Below, one piece after another: positions 8,784 to 19,205 of a stretch of DNA of 64,000 nt. A program made the translations under genes and the position numbers. The stretch covers positions 1,280,001-1,344,000 of the forward strand of contig CAVZQN010000004.1 in NCBI GenBank assembly GCA_963777505.1, given 5' to 3'. The stretch is from an uncultured bacterium. Its GTDB lineage: Bacteria > Acidobacteriota > HRBIN11 > JAKEFK01. Positions within the stretch are counted from its first letter, which is position 1, and every line of letters starts with the position of its first letter. A model generated the notes under the pieces. That model was not told the DNA's origin and did no database searches. It saw only the letters and a list, made by a program, of their open reading frames with translations.

Positions 8784-10415
8784 GTGACAATTGGCAACGG
8801 AAGGGGAGCAGGGGAGCAGGGGAGAAAGGGAGCAGGGGAGCAGAGGAGCGGGGGAGCAGGGGGGTTGGTGGCGGTCATCATTGTGGTGTTGATGCTTGCG
8901 TCGATTCCAGCGATTTATGCAGTGATCAACACGCCTAAAGGCACAGTGTGGACTGGCCTGATCAACAGAAATACAAATGATATCAATGGCTATCTAAGCA
9001 TCATTCAAGAAGTGCGTTCCGATGGACTTCTTGCTCACAATCTAATGACTGCTGAGCCTCACCCTGCATTTCAATTTCGTCCATTTCATGCCGCACTTGG
9101 CATTCTTGGGAAAATGTTTCCTGGTTTGAGTCCGGTTGCGCTTTTAGAAATCGGCAGAATCATCGCAACGATTTTTTTTCTTTTTCTGCTTGCACGCCTT
9201 GTAATGCTCTTTTATGAAACCTCATCAGAACGAATTCTTGCGTTTCTTATCATGACGCTTGGTTCGGGTCTTGGTTGGGCTCACTTAACAGAACTTCGTC
9301 CGGATCTTGGCTACTCAGAACTTTCGACGTTCTCATCGCTCGTTTCTGCGCCGTTGTATCAGCTATCTCTTGGATGCCTGCTCGGAATTATTTTGTCTAT
9401 TGCTGCGGCGTATCAAGCAGAGTCTTTGCGGATGCAACTCAAATATTCATTGATTGCTGCTCTGTTCGCTGTAATTCTCGGATTTGAGCGGCCGTTTTCG
9501 CTGATTACTCTTGGTTTTACGATGGCCGGATTTGCTCTGATCGAAATTCTTAATAATAAACACAAAACAATGAAGCTTCTGCTCTCTGTTCTTCCACTTG
9601 CGATCGCAGCCGGATCAGTCGTTCTGTATCAATTTTTCTTAATAAAAAACATTCCGGTTTATGCGGAATGGAACAGACAAAATATCCTGACATCTCCTCC
9701 TTTGATTGCGATTTTTCTATCTCTCGGATTATTGATTCCACTTGCAATCTTCGGTGTTCCGGAAGCAATACGAAAAAATCGCACACTCGCGTTGATTTTT
9801 TGTTGTTTCGCAATCAGCTCTTTGGTTTGTTCAAAAATACCTGTTCAGGTTCAGGAACGTTTTTTGGAAGGGCTTCCTCTTTCAACAGCTCTTCTGGCTT
9901 CAGCCGGTGCAATACGATTGAAACGTCATTTTAAAGCGCCAGCACTTCAATTCGGATTTGCTGTTGCTCTGATTGCGTTGATAATTCCCTCAAACGTTGT
10001 AGTGACGAAAAATGATTTAAACCGCCTCGCAGAGCGATTTGTACCCCAATATATGCCGCTACCTTTTATGGAAAGCCTGGAAGAACTAAAAAAAGTTTCT
10101 AAACCCGGGGAAGCAGTTTTGAGTATGGAATTAGCAGGGAATTTTGTTATTGCATATTCTTCAAGACCTGCTGTGATTGCACACCGTATTGGAACTGCAC
10201 GCGTTAACGAAAAGAAAAAACTCGTAACGGATCTCTTCGAACTTGATGCAGAGAGTTCCGCAGCTAAATCTCTCATCCCAAAGACGAATGCAACCTGGTT
10301 GTTCTGGGGTCCTGAAGAAAAAGATTATGCAAGAGGCAGATTTAAACCTGAAACTGCATCTTATTTGGAACAACAGCATAAAAACAAAATGGTCACAATT
10401 TACAGGATCAAATAG
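8784..10415 (+). CDS. Multi-pass membrane protein, GT-C-fold glycosyltransferase-like (start uncertain)
   Basis: About 12 TM segments, acidic NDINGY motif in the first extracytoplasmic loop, soluble C-terminal domain. The N-terminus as called runs through an octamer repeat. Confidence 0.6.
   Translation: MTIGNGRGAGEQGRKGAGEQRSGGAGGLVAVIIVVLMLASIPAIYAVINTPKGTVWTGLINRNTNDINGYLSIIQEVRSDGLLAHNLMTAEPHPAFQFRPFHAALGILGKMFPGLSPVALLEIGRIIATIFFLFLLARLVMLFYETSSERILAFLIMTLGSGLGWAHLTELRPDLGYSELSTFSSLVSAPLYQLSLGCLLGIILSIAAAYQAESLRMQLKYSLIAALFAVILGFERPFSLITLGFTMAGFALIEILNNKHKTMKLLLSVLPLAIAAGSVVLYQFFLIKNIPVYAEWNRQNILTSPPLIAIFLSLGLLIPLAIFGVPEAIRKNRTLALIFCCFAISSLVCSKIPVQVQERFLEGLPLSTALLASAGAIRLKRHFKAPALQFGFAVALIALIIPSNVVVTKNDLNRLAERFVPQYMPLPFMESLEELKKVSKPGEAVLSMELAGNFVIAYSSRPAVIAHRIGTARVNEKKKLVTDLFELDAESSAAKSLIPKTNATWLFWGPEEKDYARGRFKPETASYLEQQHKNKMVTIYRIK
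8803..8864 (+). repeat. GGGGAGCA-type octamer tandem repeat
   Basis: ggggagca ggggagca ggggagaa agggagca ggggagca gaggagcg ggggagca. Confidence 0.85.
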
Positions 10416-10449
10416 AAACTCTGAGTTGTACAGGTTAAAATAACTTTAG

Positions 10450-11439
10450 ATGTCGATCACAATTTTTCGTGAGAAGGAAATCAGGGAAGTTGTAAATTTT
10501 CCTGAAGCCATTGCGAGTATGGAGCAGGCCTTTGCTTCGTATTCGGCGGGGAAAGCAATGGTGCCGCCTGTTGTTCATCTTGATGTTCCGGAAAATGAAG
10601 GCGAAATCCATATTAAAGCAGCATATGTTTTAGGCACTGCTACCTATACGATCAAAATTGCTTCCGGATTTTACAAAAACAAAGAGCGTGGACTCCCTCT
10701 TAGCGGTGGGATGATGATTGTGTTTGATTCGCAAACCGGTTCACCGCTCGCATTTTTATTGGACAACGGTTTTCTTACGGATTTTCGAACGGCTGCAGCG
10801 GGCGCTGTGGCATCAAAATACCTGGCGGTCCAGGATGTGAATCAGGTTGCAGCCATTGGTGCAGGAATGCAAGGCCGTTTGCAGATTGAAGCTCTCACAT
10901 TCGTCCGCAATTTTAAACGTGTCAAAGTCTACGATCATAAAACTTCGAATGTAGACCGCTATTTGCAAGAGATGCAGGATCGATTTAAATCGATCGAATT
11001 TGAACCGGCTCGTTCGGTGGATGAAGCATTAGATGGCAGTCAGATCGTCATTACAGCAACTCCGAGCAGACAGCCAATCGTACGCTCGGAGTGGATCAAA
11101 CCAGGCGTTCATATCACTGCCCTCGGTTCCGATGGACCTCATAAACAAGAACTGGACGCCGATGTTTTTTCGAAAGTCGATCGCATTGTTGCCGACAGCA
11201 TTGATCAATGTTTGAAGCTTGGCGAAATTCACCATGCATTTGAGCAAGGAATTATTACACGCGAAAAGATTGCCGGCGAGTTAGGTCAAGTTGTAAGCGG
11301 AGAAATTCCAGGCAGAGAGTCGGATTCTGAAATTACAGTTTGCGATCTGACAGGAGTCGGAGTTCAAGATGCTTTTATTTCCGCTCTCGCTTTTCAAAAA
11401 GCGAGCGCAAAGACGCCCGGTCAGAAATTCGAAAACTAA
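10450..11439 (+). CDS. Ornithine cyclodeaminase/mu-crystallin family protein
   Basis: LTDFRTAAAGAVA, GAGMQG, ITATPS and DLTGVGVQD motifs. Confidence 0.92.
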   Translation: MSITIFREKEIREVVNFPEAIASMEQAFASYSAGKAMVPPVVHLDVPENEGEIHIKAAYVLGTATYTIKIASGFYKNKERGLPLSGGMMIVFDSQTGSPLAFLLDNGFLTDFRTAAAGAVASKYLAVQDVNQVAAIGAGMQGRLQIEALTFVRNFKRVKVYDHKTSNVDRYLQEMQDRFKSIEFEPARSVDEALDGSQIVITATPSRQPIVRSEWIKPGVHITALGSDGPHKQELDADVFSKVDRIVADSIDQCLKLGEIHHAFEQGIITREKIAGELGQVVSGEIPGRESDSEITVCDLTGVGVQDAFISALAFQKASAKTPGQKFEN

Positions 11440-11442
11440 ATT

Positions 11443-11664
11443 ATGCGGCTCACCATTTTTGCTGCCTCTGTTCGGCATGAATTAGATCATCCGCCAATCT
11501 CATTGCTGCCGAATTCAGACCTTCATTCCTTCCTGGATGGCGCCGAAGATGAGACCTTCTTTTTCGACAAAGGCTCGACGGGCAAGGTCGTTGCTGTCGA
11601 AAGAACTCATTGCCAGTACGGCTATTCAGGAATGGCTTTCAGCACGGGCCCAAACGTGCAGTAG
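11443..11664 (+). CDS. Small hypothetical ORF; its TAG stop is supplied by a palindrome
   Basis: Starts 3 nt after the ocd-like stop. No family recognised. Confidence 0.25.
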   Translation: MRLTIFAASVRHELDHPPISLLPNSDLHSFLDGAEDETFFFDKGSTGKVVAVERTHCQYGYSGMAFSTGPNVQ

Positions 11665-11684
11665 TACTATAATCATAGTACTAC
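11661..11684. repeat. GTAG...CTAC palindrome (REP-like)
   Basis: GTAGTACTAT-AATC-ATAGTACTAC; a 22/24 identical copy lies at 49269-49292. Confidence 0.7.
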
Positions 11685-11754
11685 TTGAACGGGTGAAGCG
11701 CAGTCCTTGCCTAATGAAGCAGGCCAGAAGCCTGCGCTCCGCTCAATTCTTTTT

Positions 11755-12378
11755 TTATTCCAGGACCAGCAGCACTACACGGCGGTTCTTTGCGCGTCCC
11801 GTTTTTGTGCGATTATCAGTTACTGGACGAGCTTCGCCGTAACTGATTGTTGCAATACGGTGCAGCGGAATGCCATTCTCAGAAAGATAGCGACGAACTG
11901 CTTCAGCTCTGGCCATGCCAAGCTTTTCGTTGTACGGTTCGCTGCCAAATGAATCAGTATGGCCCTGAATCTCAATATAGATGTTCTTATTATCCGTCTT
12001 TAATTGAGCAATCAGATTTTCCAGAATCTCACGAGCGCCATCATTCAGATCGGATTGATCAAATCCGAACTTCACATCATCGCCGGAAAGTGTTACTTCA
12101 TATAACAACTTTCCAAGTGCGAGTTTTTCTGCACTTTGAGCGCGTGCAAGAGCTTCTTGTGACTCTTTGGAAAGTGAAGTGATTTGTTGGTCATGGGTAC
12201 CTAGACGGGAATCCTGTTCCTTGTTGCGGGTCTGTCCCTCTTCAACCGAAGTTCCCAAATCATCCATCTCATTATCGATGCGGTCCACTTCCTTCTTAAC
12301 GCTCTTTTTTGTAGCGCAATCCAGTTGAAGCATCGCTAGTGAAACAATAGCTACCAGGATTAACAATTTTCGCATCAT
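11755..12378 (-). CDS. OmpA/Pal-family peptidoglycan-binding lipoprotein with a coiled coil
   Basis: Lipobox-like Cys (LDCATKK); IQGHTD, YNEKLGMARAEAV, SYGEARP, NRRV. Confidence 0.9.
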   Translation of the reverse strand: MMRKLLILVAIVSLAMLQLDCATKKSVKKEVDRIDNEMDDLGTSVEEGQTRNKEQDSRLGTHDQQITSLSKESQEALARAQSAEKLALGKLLYEVTLSGDDVKFGFDQSDLNDGAREILENLIAQLKTDNKNIYIEIQGHTDSFGSEPYNEKLGMARAEAVRRYLSENGIPLHRIATISYGEARPVTDNRTKTGRAKNRRVVLLVLE

Positions 12379-12383
12379 TTAAT

Positions 12384-13322
12384 CTAACCTCCAGAAACAA
12401 CTGAGTATCTCACCCTCACTCGGTGTTTCGGGTCTTTTGTCTTCAACTCTACTTTACCGTAAGAGACTGTCCCTTGCGGAGTATAGCCAATATAGTACTG
12501 GTATTTTAAGTCTTCAAATATCTTTGAACAAGCCTTATCAATGTCTTCAACTGAAGCTTCCTCGAGAGTGAAATAAAGACCTCCAGTGGATTCAGCAAAT
12601 ATTTTCAGTGGTAATACATCAATATCTTGTTCGGTTTGAGCTTCATCGATCCATTTACTTCGAATCAGCTCAAATGTATAAATAGGCACTTCAACGTTCG
12701 CTGCCATCTGAACGGCTTGTTCGAGAGGCAAATCGCTGCGGTTATCAAGCCCATCTGAAAGCAACAATACGCCTTTTTTTCCAATTTGCTCGAGCAACAA
12801 TCGATGACTATAAGCGATTGCATTTCTTAAGGCTGTACCGCCATATGGCTTCAATTGATCCATTCGGGAAATTAATGCCTTTTTGTCTTTGGTAAAATCG
12901 ACAAGCATTTCGACTTCACCATCGGCAAAAATCATTAATGCCACTTCATCATCTGGAGTGAGCTTTTCCATAACCGCTTTAATGATGTTTTTGGCTGTAT
13001 CAAATTTATCGAGCAGCCGCATGCTACCACTGACATCGAGAAGAAACACGACATTTAATGGTTCGGTTATGTCGTTCGAAAAGTGTGAGATCTCCTGTTT
13101 CTTGCCGTTTATGAACAATGTGAAATCATCTTGAGTGAGACTGTAAATCGGACGGCCTTTTGACGACCGAACAGTCGCGTACAAATTGACGATTGATACG
13201 CTGACTTCAGCAGAGATCGTTGGAAGTTGATCGGGTGGAATTTCTTCCTGGGAAGGCAAGTCAAACGGCAGGAGCAATACGAACACTACGACTGGCAAAA
13301 ACGCCAGCCTCAAATACCTCAT
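12384..13322 (-). CDS. Secreted VWA-domain protein (Acidobacterial VWFA type)
   Basis: Signal peptide; VNLYATV...LTQDDF; MIDAS DVSGSM, GGTAL, LSDGLD; QYYIGY. Confidence 0.88.
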   Translation of the reverse strand: MRYLRLAFLPVVVFVLLLPFDLPSQEEIPPDQLPTISAEVSVSIVNLYATVRSSKGRPIYSLTQDDFTLFINGKKQEISHFSNDITEPLNVVFLLDVSGSMRLLDKFDTAKNIIKAVMEKLTPDDEVALMIFADGEVEMLVDFTKDKKALISRMDQLKPYGGTALRNAIAYSHRLLLEQIGKKGVLLLSDGLDNRSDLPLEQAVQMAANVEVPIYTFELIRSKWIDEAQTEQDIDVLPLKIFAESTGGLYFTLEEASVEDIDKACSKIFEDLKYQYYIGYTPQGTVSYGKVELKTKDPKHRVRVRYSVVSGG

Positions 13323-13423
13323 ACTTACTATTCTAATCCTCAATTGGGTTATGGTGCCACTGTTGGCCACTAAAGAGTGTGGTATTTGCGAGAATTATTT
13401 CACTTCGCCTTTGCGGTTAAAAA

Positions 13424-15145
13424 TCATTTTGCTACAAGATAGACTCCCCGTTTGGGTGTGGCTACCTTCAAAACCTCTTGGGTCAGCATTTCCAGTTCTA
13501 AATTCTTGAACCTGGAAGGGAGTCCATCATTTTTAAAGACAGTGGGGCCTGCCATGAAGTGATAATGCAAATGAGGTGCATCTGAGTTGCCGGAGTTTCC
13601 GAGCAAGCCGATCACTTGACCTGCTTTGACAGTATCGCCAGTCTTTACGCGCACCGATCCCATCTTCAGATGAGCAAGGAAACTGAACTCGCCATTTCCA
13701 TGATCGATGATCACATTATTGCCACCGAATGCGCTTACTGGATCAGGCATTTTCATGAAAACATCACGATCGATTTTTCCTGGTGCCGAATTATCTGGAA
13801 CATCATTTCGTGCGAATGTAACTTTCCCATCCGCTGGAGCAATAATTTCAACACCGAATGTTACGTAATCCTCATTTTTTGTTCCATCACCTTTTAGGAC
13901 TTCATAATTTTGTCCAAGAGCAACGATGTCATATGCATAATGCTGGCTCCATTCGGATTTGTGCGGTTCATTGAAATCGTGACCGCCTCCAACAACGAAC
14001 TTTCCTTTGATCGGGAACAACAACTCGGTCTTTTGATCATATGCCGCAACAGGGATGTCAATAATCTTTTGAATTTTTTCTCCATTCGGAGCTGTAAGAT
14101 TCAGTTTATAAGTCATCTTATCCACGCCTTCGGCGGAAGGTCTGGAAAATGAATGACGAAGGTCAAAAACTTCTTCAAGATTGTTAAACCCATCGAAAGA
14201 TGTACCGCGAATTGTCTCAAGCATTGAGTCGGACATCTCAATTGATTCGACACGTTCGTCTTCCGAAAAGAATTCTATTTTCGCTGCAACAATTTCTACA
14301 GGCCGGCTGTATTTTTCTTTTACAAGGACATGAAATGTCCAGCTTTCGGTTGCCGATTCTTCCCAGATGCCGTCATTTTCTTTATAAATTTTTCGAGGAA
14401 TCGTTTCGAGAGTTATTTCAAAAGGTTCATTTGCATGTTGATCGAGAGGACTCCGGAAAAGTGAGTCGTCAATTTCTGCATTGAGGGTGTAGCTGTCAAT
14501 GTTCAACGAAAGGACCTGTCCAGGCAACGTTTGAACAATCGAATATGGTAATTGAATCCCTTCAACGGCTCGATAGTTGGAATAGTCGATCTGGAGATCC
14601 TGCTTTTTAGAATCCATGACTACCTGACGAACTTCACGAAGCAGAAGAAAACTCGTTGTATCAATCAAAAACGTTTCGGTATCTTCAGTGCCAACTTTGA
14701 ATTCAAGGTGATACGCTTCACCGCTTTCAATTTTTTCTTTGCCTTTGAATTCGACAGGTGTGCTGTTTTTGTAATATTCGAGCAAAGCGTTGAACTTTGC
14801 ACTTCGTTTGAGCCGATCTAGATCGGGTCCAGCAAGCTCTTGAAGGGTTGTCTGTTTTTGCCAGCCTTTAGTTCCATCGAAGGCCCGTTCCTGAACGACG
14901 ACTTTCAGATCCAGCAGAGTCTTGATCCGATCAGGAGATTTTGACCAGAGATGATAGGTTCCTGACAATCCCGAAACTTGAACTTGAGCCGTAGCAGTTT
15001 TTGTCTGAGTTTTTTCAAGCTTCTCTATCCCTCCCATCGCCGCCAAGGATTTTTCAATGATCTCTTTTGCTGTGGGTTCTTCGGAGAACAGTGGAAGTTG
15101 AAACAACCAAAAAACTGCAATGCACAGGAAAAGTTTATTTTTCAT
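13424..15145 (-). CDS. Secreted protein: LolA-like/lipoprotein-sorting-type N-terminal domain fused to an M23 peptidase
   Basis: Signal peptide; IIEKSLAAMGG...YSNYRAVEGIQLP N-domain; M23 motifs YAYD, APADGKV, GNNVIIDHG, AHL, GNSGNSDAPHLH. Confidence 0.8.
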   Translation of the reverse strand: MKNKLFLCIAVFWLFQLPLFSEEPTAKEIIEKSLAAMGGIEKLEKTQTKTATAQVQVSGLSGTYHLWSKSPDRIKTLLDLKVVVQERAFDGTKGWQKQTTLQELAGPDLDRLKRSAKFNALLEYYKNSTPVEFKGKEKIESGEAYHLEFKVGTEDTETFLIDTTSFLLLREVRQVVMDSKKQDLQIDYSNYRAVEGIQLPYSIVQTLPGQVLSLNIDSYTLNAEIDDSLFRSPLDQHANEPFEITLETIPRKIYKENDGIWEESATESWTFHVLVKEKYSRPVEIVAAKIEFFSEDERVESIEMSDSMLETIRGTSFDGFNNLEEVFDLRHSFSRPSAEGVDKMTYKLNLTAPNGEKIQKIIDIPVAAYDQKTELLFPIKGKFVVGGGHDFNEPHKSEWSQHYAYDIVALGQNYEVLKGDGTKNEDYVTFGVEIIAPADGKVTFARNDVPDNSAPGKIDRDVFMKMPDPVSAFGGNNVIIDHGNGEFSFLAHLKMGSVRVKTGDTVKAGQVIGLLGNSGNSDAPHLHYHFMAGPTVFKNDGLPSRFKNLELEMLTQEVLKVATPKRGVYLVAK

Positions 15146-15186
15146 TTTTTTACCGCCAAGACGCAAAGGTTATAATATCGTAAAAC

Positions 15187-15999
15187 TTGGAGGGTCCAAT
15201 TTTTAAAGAAAAAGTTTTCAAGGATCAAGTTGTTTTAGTCACCGGTGGTGGTACGGGTCTTGGAAAAGTTGCAGCGAAACGATTTGCAGAGTTAGGTGCA
15301 AGTGGGATTTTGATTGCTGGAAGGCGTGAAGAAAAATTGAAGGAAGCTGCGCCTGAAATTGCATCGGCAGGCGCTCAGGTAGAAACATTTCCCGTTGATA
15401 TTCGTGATGCTGCCCGTGTCCAGGAAATGGTCGATCGCTGTGTAGAACGATTTGGTCGAATCGATGTGTTGCTCAACAATGCTGCAGGAAATTTTCCAAC
15501 ACGCGCGGAGGATCTTTCGGTTAATGGCTGGAATGCTGTCGTAAACATTGTGTTGAATGGAACTTTTTATGTGACACGTGCAGCCGGACTGCAGATGATC
15601 AAACAGAAAAAAGGCTCGATTGTCAGTGTGGTGCATCCGCAGGCTTTGCAAGGCGGACCTGGCAACATTCATTCTGTTTCTGCAAAAGCTGGCGTGATCG
15701 CAATGAGCCGCACACTGGCTGTGGAGTGGGCGAAATATAACATTCGAGTGAATACGATTGCTCCCGGTCCTTTCCGCAGTGAAGGGACTGATAAAAATTT
15801 ATGGCCAACTGAAGAAATTCGAAAACAGGTGACCGAAGCTATTCCTGCAAATCGCTTTGGCACTGCGGAAGAAATGGCCAACGCAATCTGCTATCTTGTT
15901 TCCGATTACGCCAGTTACATTACTGGTCATATGCTTGTTGTGGATGGCGGCTGGTCACTTGAACGTGAAGGCTTCCTTCCATTGCTAAAGAAAGATTAA
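15187..15999 (+). CDS. SDR family oxidoreductase, 2,4-dienoyl-CoA reductase-like
   Basis: TGGGTGLG, NNAAGNF, HSxxAK, IRVNTIAPG, VDGG. Confidence 0.88.
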   Translation: MEGPIFKEKVFKDQVVLVTGGGTGLGKVAAKRFAELGASGILIAGRREEKLKEAAPEIASAGAQVETFPVDIRDAARVQEMVDRCVERFGRIDVLLNNAAGNFPTRAEDLSVNGWNAVVNIVLNGTFYVTRAAGLQMIKQKKGSIVSVVHPQALQGGPGNIHSVSAKAGVIAMSRTLAVEWAKYNIRVNTIAPGPFRSEGTDKNLWPTEEIRKQVTEAIPANRFGTAEEMANAICYLVSDYASYITGHMLVVDGGWSLEREGFLPLLKKD

Positions 16000-16033
16000 C
16001 CGCAGAATCGCAGAGCCTATATAATTACCGCTC

Positions 16034-16318
16034 ATGAATATTGATCGAGACGTGGTTTTGCACATCGCAAAACTTGCAAACATTGAACTTCAGGACACTG
16101 AAATTGAGCTTTTTACAAAACAACTCGGCGATATTCTTCACTACATCGAAACATTGGATGAGCTTGAACAAGACGCAGCCACATTTTCTTATGGTAATTT
16201 TCTTCCAGCTGTAACGAGACCCGACATCCCTCAACCTTCATTACCGATCGAAGAAGTTCTAAGGAATGCGCCTGAAAATGTTAAGCAGTTTTTTAAAGTT
16301 CCAAAGGTTCTTCCATGA
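16034..16318 (+). CDS. gatC: Asp/Glu-tRNA amidotransferase subunit C
   Basis: HIAKLA...ILHYIETL...NAP...FKVPKV; ATGA overlap with gatA. Confidence 0.92.
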   Translation: MNIDRDVVLHIAKLANIELQDTEIELFTKQLGDILHYIETLDELEQDAATFSYGNFLPAVTRPDIPQPSLPIEEVLRNAPENVKQFFKVPKVLP

Positions 16319-17766
16319 CCGAACTTCTAACCGGAAACATTTCGACTCTCTTAAATGCATATCGTTCTGGAAAAACAACACCGGAAGAAGTTTGTAATGA
16401 AGTATTCCAACGTATTGATCGTTTCGATTCAAAAACTGGTGCTTTCTTAAGGCTTGATCGCGAAGGAGCAATCCAATCCGCAAAAGATGCTTCGAAGGAT
16501 TTAAGCAAACCTCTTGCGGGCGTTCCAATTGCGATTAAGGATGTCCTTTCTACAAAACATCTTGAGACAACCTGTGGTTCAAAAATCCTGAAAGATTATT
16601 TGCCGCCTTATGATGCGACGGCAATTGCTCGATTAAAGCAAGCCGGCGCCGTTATTGTTGGCAAAACAAATTGCGATGAATTCGCTATGGGCTCCAGTAC
16701 TGAAAATTCTGCGTATCAATTGACACGCAATCCATGGAACCTGAACCACGCACCTGGAGGATCGTCCGGTGGTTCTGCTGCCGCAGTTGCTTCAGGTTTT
16801 GCGATGGCAGCTCTTGGTACTGATACAGGTGGATCAATTCGTCAGCCGGCATCATTTTGTGGAGTGATTGGTGTAAAACCGACTTACGGAAGAGTAAGCC
16901 GTTACGGCCTTGTGGCTTTTGGTTCAAGTTTGGATTGCATCGGCCCTTTCGCCCGTTCAGTTGAAGATGCTGCAATCATTCTTCAAACCATTGCAGGAAA
17001 AGATCCGCAAGATTCGACATCTGCTCCGGCTGCGGTTCCAAATTATTTTGAAGCACTCTCATCGAAACAAACATTGCGAGTCGGGGTGCCCGAAGAATAT
17101 TTTGGCGAAGGTTTGGATCCAGAGATTGGACAACGCGTCGGTGAAGCCCTTCAATGGATGGAAAGAAGTGGAAGAGTACAATTGAAAAAGATTTCGCTTC
17201 CGCATACAAAATATGCAATCGCGGTTTATTACATTGTTGCAACTGCGGAAGCTTCTTCCAATTTGTCGCGTTTTGACGGTGTTAAGTACGGATACCGCTC
17301 ACCCGGAGTCAATTCGCTCGAAACAATGTATCGAAAAACACGTTCAGCTGGATTTGGTTCCGAAGTAAAACGTCGAATCATGCTTGGAACATTTGCGTTA
17401 AGCTCCGGCTACTACGATGCTTACTACTTGAAAGCGTTGAAGGCTCGGAGTTTGATTGCACAGGATTTTGCCAGAGCTTTCGAAGATGTTGATTTAGTTT
17501 GTACTCCGACGTCACCTACTCCCGCATTCGGTTTAGGAGAAAAAGTGGATAATCCTCTCGCGATGTATCTTTCCGACATTTATACGGTTACGATGAATCT
17601 AGCAGGATTGCCGGCTATTTCAATTCCTTGTGGTTTTACTAATGCCGGCTTGCCTGCAGGTCTTCAAATCATTGCGAATCATCTTGATGAATCCAGAATG
17701 TTTCAGCTCTCCGATCTATATCTAAAGGATCATCCTGTGAGGCTTCCTTCTTTATCATGGACATAA
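16315..17766 (+). CDS. gatA: Asp/Glu-tRNA amidotransferase subunit A
   Basis: Amidase signature [46 protein letters not shown]. Confidence 0.97.
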   Translation: MTELLTGNISTLLNAYRSGKTTPEEVCNEVFQRIDRFDSKTGAFLRLDREGAIQSAKDASKDLSKPLAGVPIAIKDVLSTKHLETTCGSKILKDYLPPYDATAIARLKQAGAVIVGKTNCDEFAMGSSTENSAYQLTRNPWNLNHAPGGSSGGSAAAVASGFAMAALGTDTGGSIRQPASFCGVIGVKPTYGRVSRYGLVAFGSSLDCIGPFARSVEDAAIILQTIAGKDPQDSTSAPAAVPNYFEALSSKQTLRVGVPEEYFGEGLDPEIGQRVGEALQWMERSGRVQLKKISLPHTKYAIAVYYIVATAEASSNLSRFDGVKYGYRSPGVNSLETMYRKTRSAGFGSEVKRRIMLGTFALSSGYYDAYYLKALKARSLIAQDFARAFEDVDLVCTPTSPTPAFGLGEKVDNPLAMYLSDIYTVTMNLAGLPAISIPCGFTNAGLPAGLQIIANHLDESRMFQLSDLYLKDHPVRLPSLSWT

Positions 17767-18458
17767 CACCTGTTCGGTTAGTTGAATTTCTGATTCATTA
17801 CGCATTCTTTTTGCTTTCCGCAGCCGTTCATGAAAGCGCGCATGCATGGACTGCATACAAATTTGGCGATCCGACCGCAAAGATGCAGGATCGTATTTCA
17901 CTCAATCCTGCGAATCATATTGATATTGTTGGAACCGTAATTATTCCTTTCGCTGTCTTTATAACGGGATTTCCAATCATTGGCTGGGCTAAACCAACTC
18001 CTGTAAATTCTGCAAATTTTTCCAATCCACGCAGGGATGACATGTTTGTCTCCGGTGCCGGGCCAGTCAGCAACATATTAACCGTTGCAGTCCTTGCAAT
18101 TCCGTGGCATATTGCTTTCTCTTTTGTTCCACTCCCCCTTCCTCCATTTGAAGACATTACCATGGGCGGAAAGGTGGCTCTTTTGTTTTGTTATGTATTC
18201 GGAACCGGAATTCTTGTGAACTTGATGTTAGCCGTTTTCAACATGCTTCCCATCCATCCACTCGATGGCAGCGGTGTGCTGGAAGGCCTGCTTCCAAAGA
18301 CATGGGCAGATGCATACTCAAAAATGCGTCGTTATGGATTCATCATTCTCCTGGTTTTGTTTTATATGCCTGCATTTGGCCGCATGATCTGGAGTATTGT
18401 TCGATTCTTGGGCGGAGTTTTTAGAATTCAATTTTTCTCTCTTCAAGGAATTTGGTAA
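17757..18458 (+). CDS. Site-2 protease (M50) family membrane metalloprotease
   Basis: [22 protein letters not shown]. Confidence 0.92.
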   Translation: MDITPVRLVEFLIHYAFFLLSAAVHESAHAWTAYKFGDPTAKMQDRISLNPANHIDIVGTVIIPFAVFITGFPIIGWAKPTPVNSANFSNPRRDDMFVSGAGPVSNILTVAVLAIPWHIAFSFVPLPLPPFEDITMGGKVALLFCYVFGTGILVNLMLAVFNMLPIHPLDGSGVLEGLLPKTWADAYSKMRRYGFIILLVLFYMPAFGRMIWSIVRFLGGVFRIQFFSLQGIW

Positions 18459-18461
18459 AAG

Positions 18462-19187
18462 ATGGAATCAACTCAACACACCGTTGAACTCGAAGTTTTT
18501 CAAGGTCCGCTGGACCTGCTGCTCTATTTAATTCATAAAAATGAAATCAATATTTATGACATTCCAATCGCAACGATCACTCAGCAATATCTGGATCATT
18601 TGGAATTGATGCAGGAATTAAATCTAAATGTTGCAGGCGAATTCATTTTGATGGCCGTTCAATTGATAGAAATGAAGATTCGCATGATACTTCCGAAACC
18701 TGCTTCGCAAGAAGGTTTGGAAGAGGACGATCTACGCCGGCCGCTGGTTGAACAGCTTCTTGAGTATCAACAATATAAGATGGCTGCGCAGCATCTCAAA
18801 GACAGGGAAGGCGATTCTGAACAATACTGGCGGCGTCCGGAAACTTTTGACCCTGAAGAAAATCGTGAAGAACTTGTTGAAGCAAACCTTTATGATCTTG
18901 TTCATGCGTTTGCACTCTTAATTAAACGGACTCAGAAAAAAGAGGCGCTGGAAATCAGGGCCGATCAGTTTTCTGTGAAGCAAAAAATTCAAGAACTCAC
19001 GGAGTATCTTGAAAAACGACAAAGCTTCAGTCTGATGGAATATTCGAAACAGCTTGAATCAAGAGTTGAAATGATTGTACTGTTTCTTGCGATTCTGGAG
19101 ATGATCCGCCTCAGCTTGCTCCGAATTTATCAGGGTGAAATATTCGGAGATATCGTTGTGTATGCTGGGGATCAATCGGAAGAGTAA
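18462..19187 (+). CDS. scpA: Segregation and condensation protein A (kleisin)
   Basis: FQGPLDLLLYLI...IYDIPIA...AGEFILMA; C-terminal FLAILEM. Confidence 0.93.
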   Translation: MESTQHTVELEVFQGPLDLLLYLIHKNEINIYDIPIATITQQYLDHLELMQELNLNVAGEFILMAVQLIEMKIRMILPKPASQEGLEEDDLRRPLVEQLLEYQQYKMAAQHLKDREGDSEQYWRRPETFDPEENREELVEANLYDLVHAFALLIKRTQKKEALEIRADQFSVKQKIQELTEYLEKRQSFSLMEYSKQLESRVEMIVLFLAILEMIRLSLLRIYQGEIFGDIVVYAGDQSEE

Positions 19188-19205
19188 ACCGCGAAGACGC
19201 AGAGA

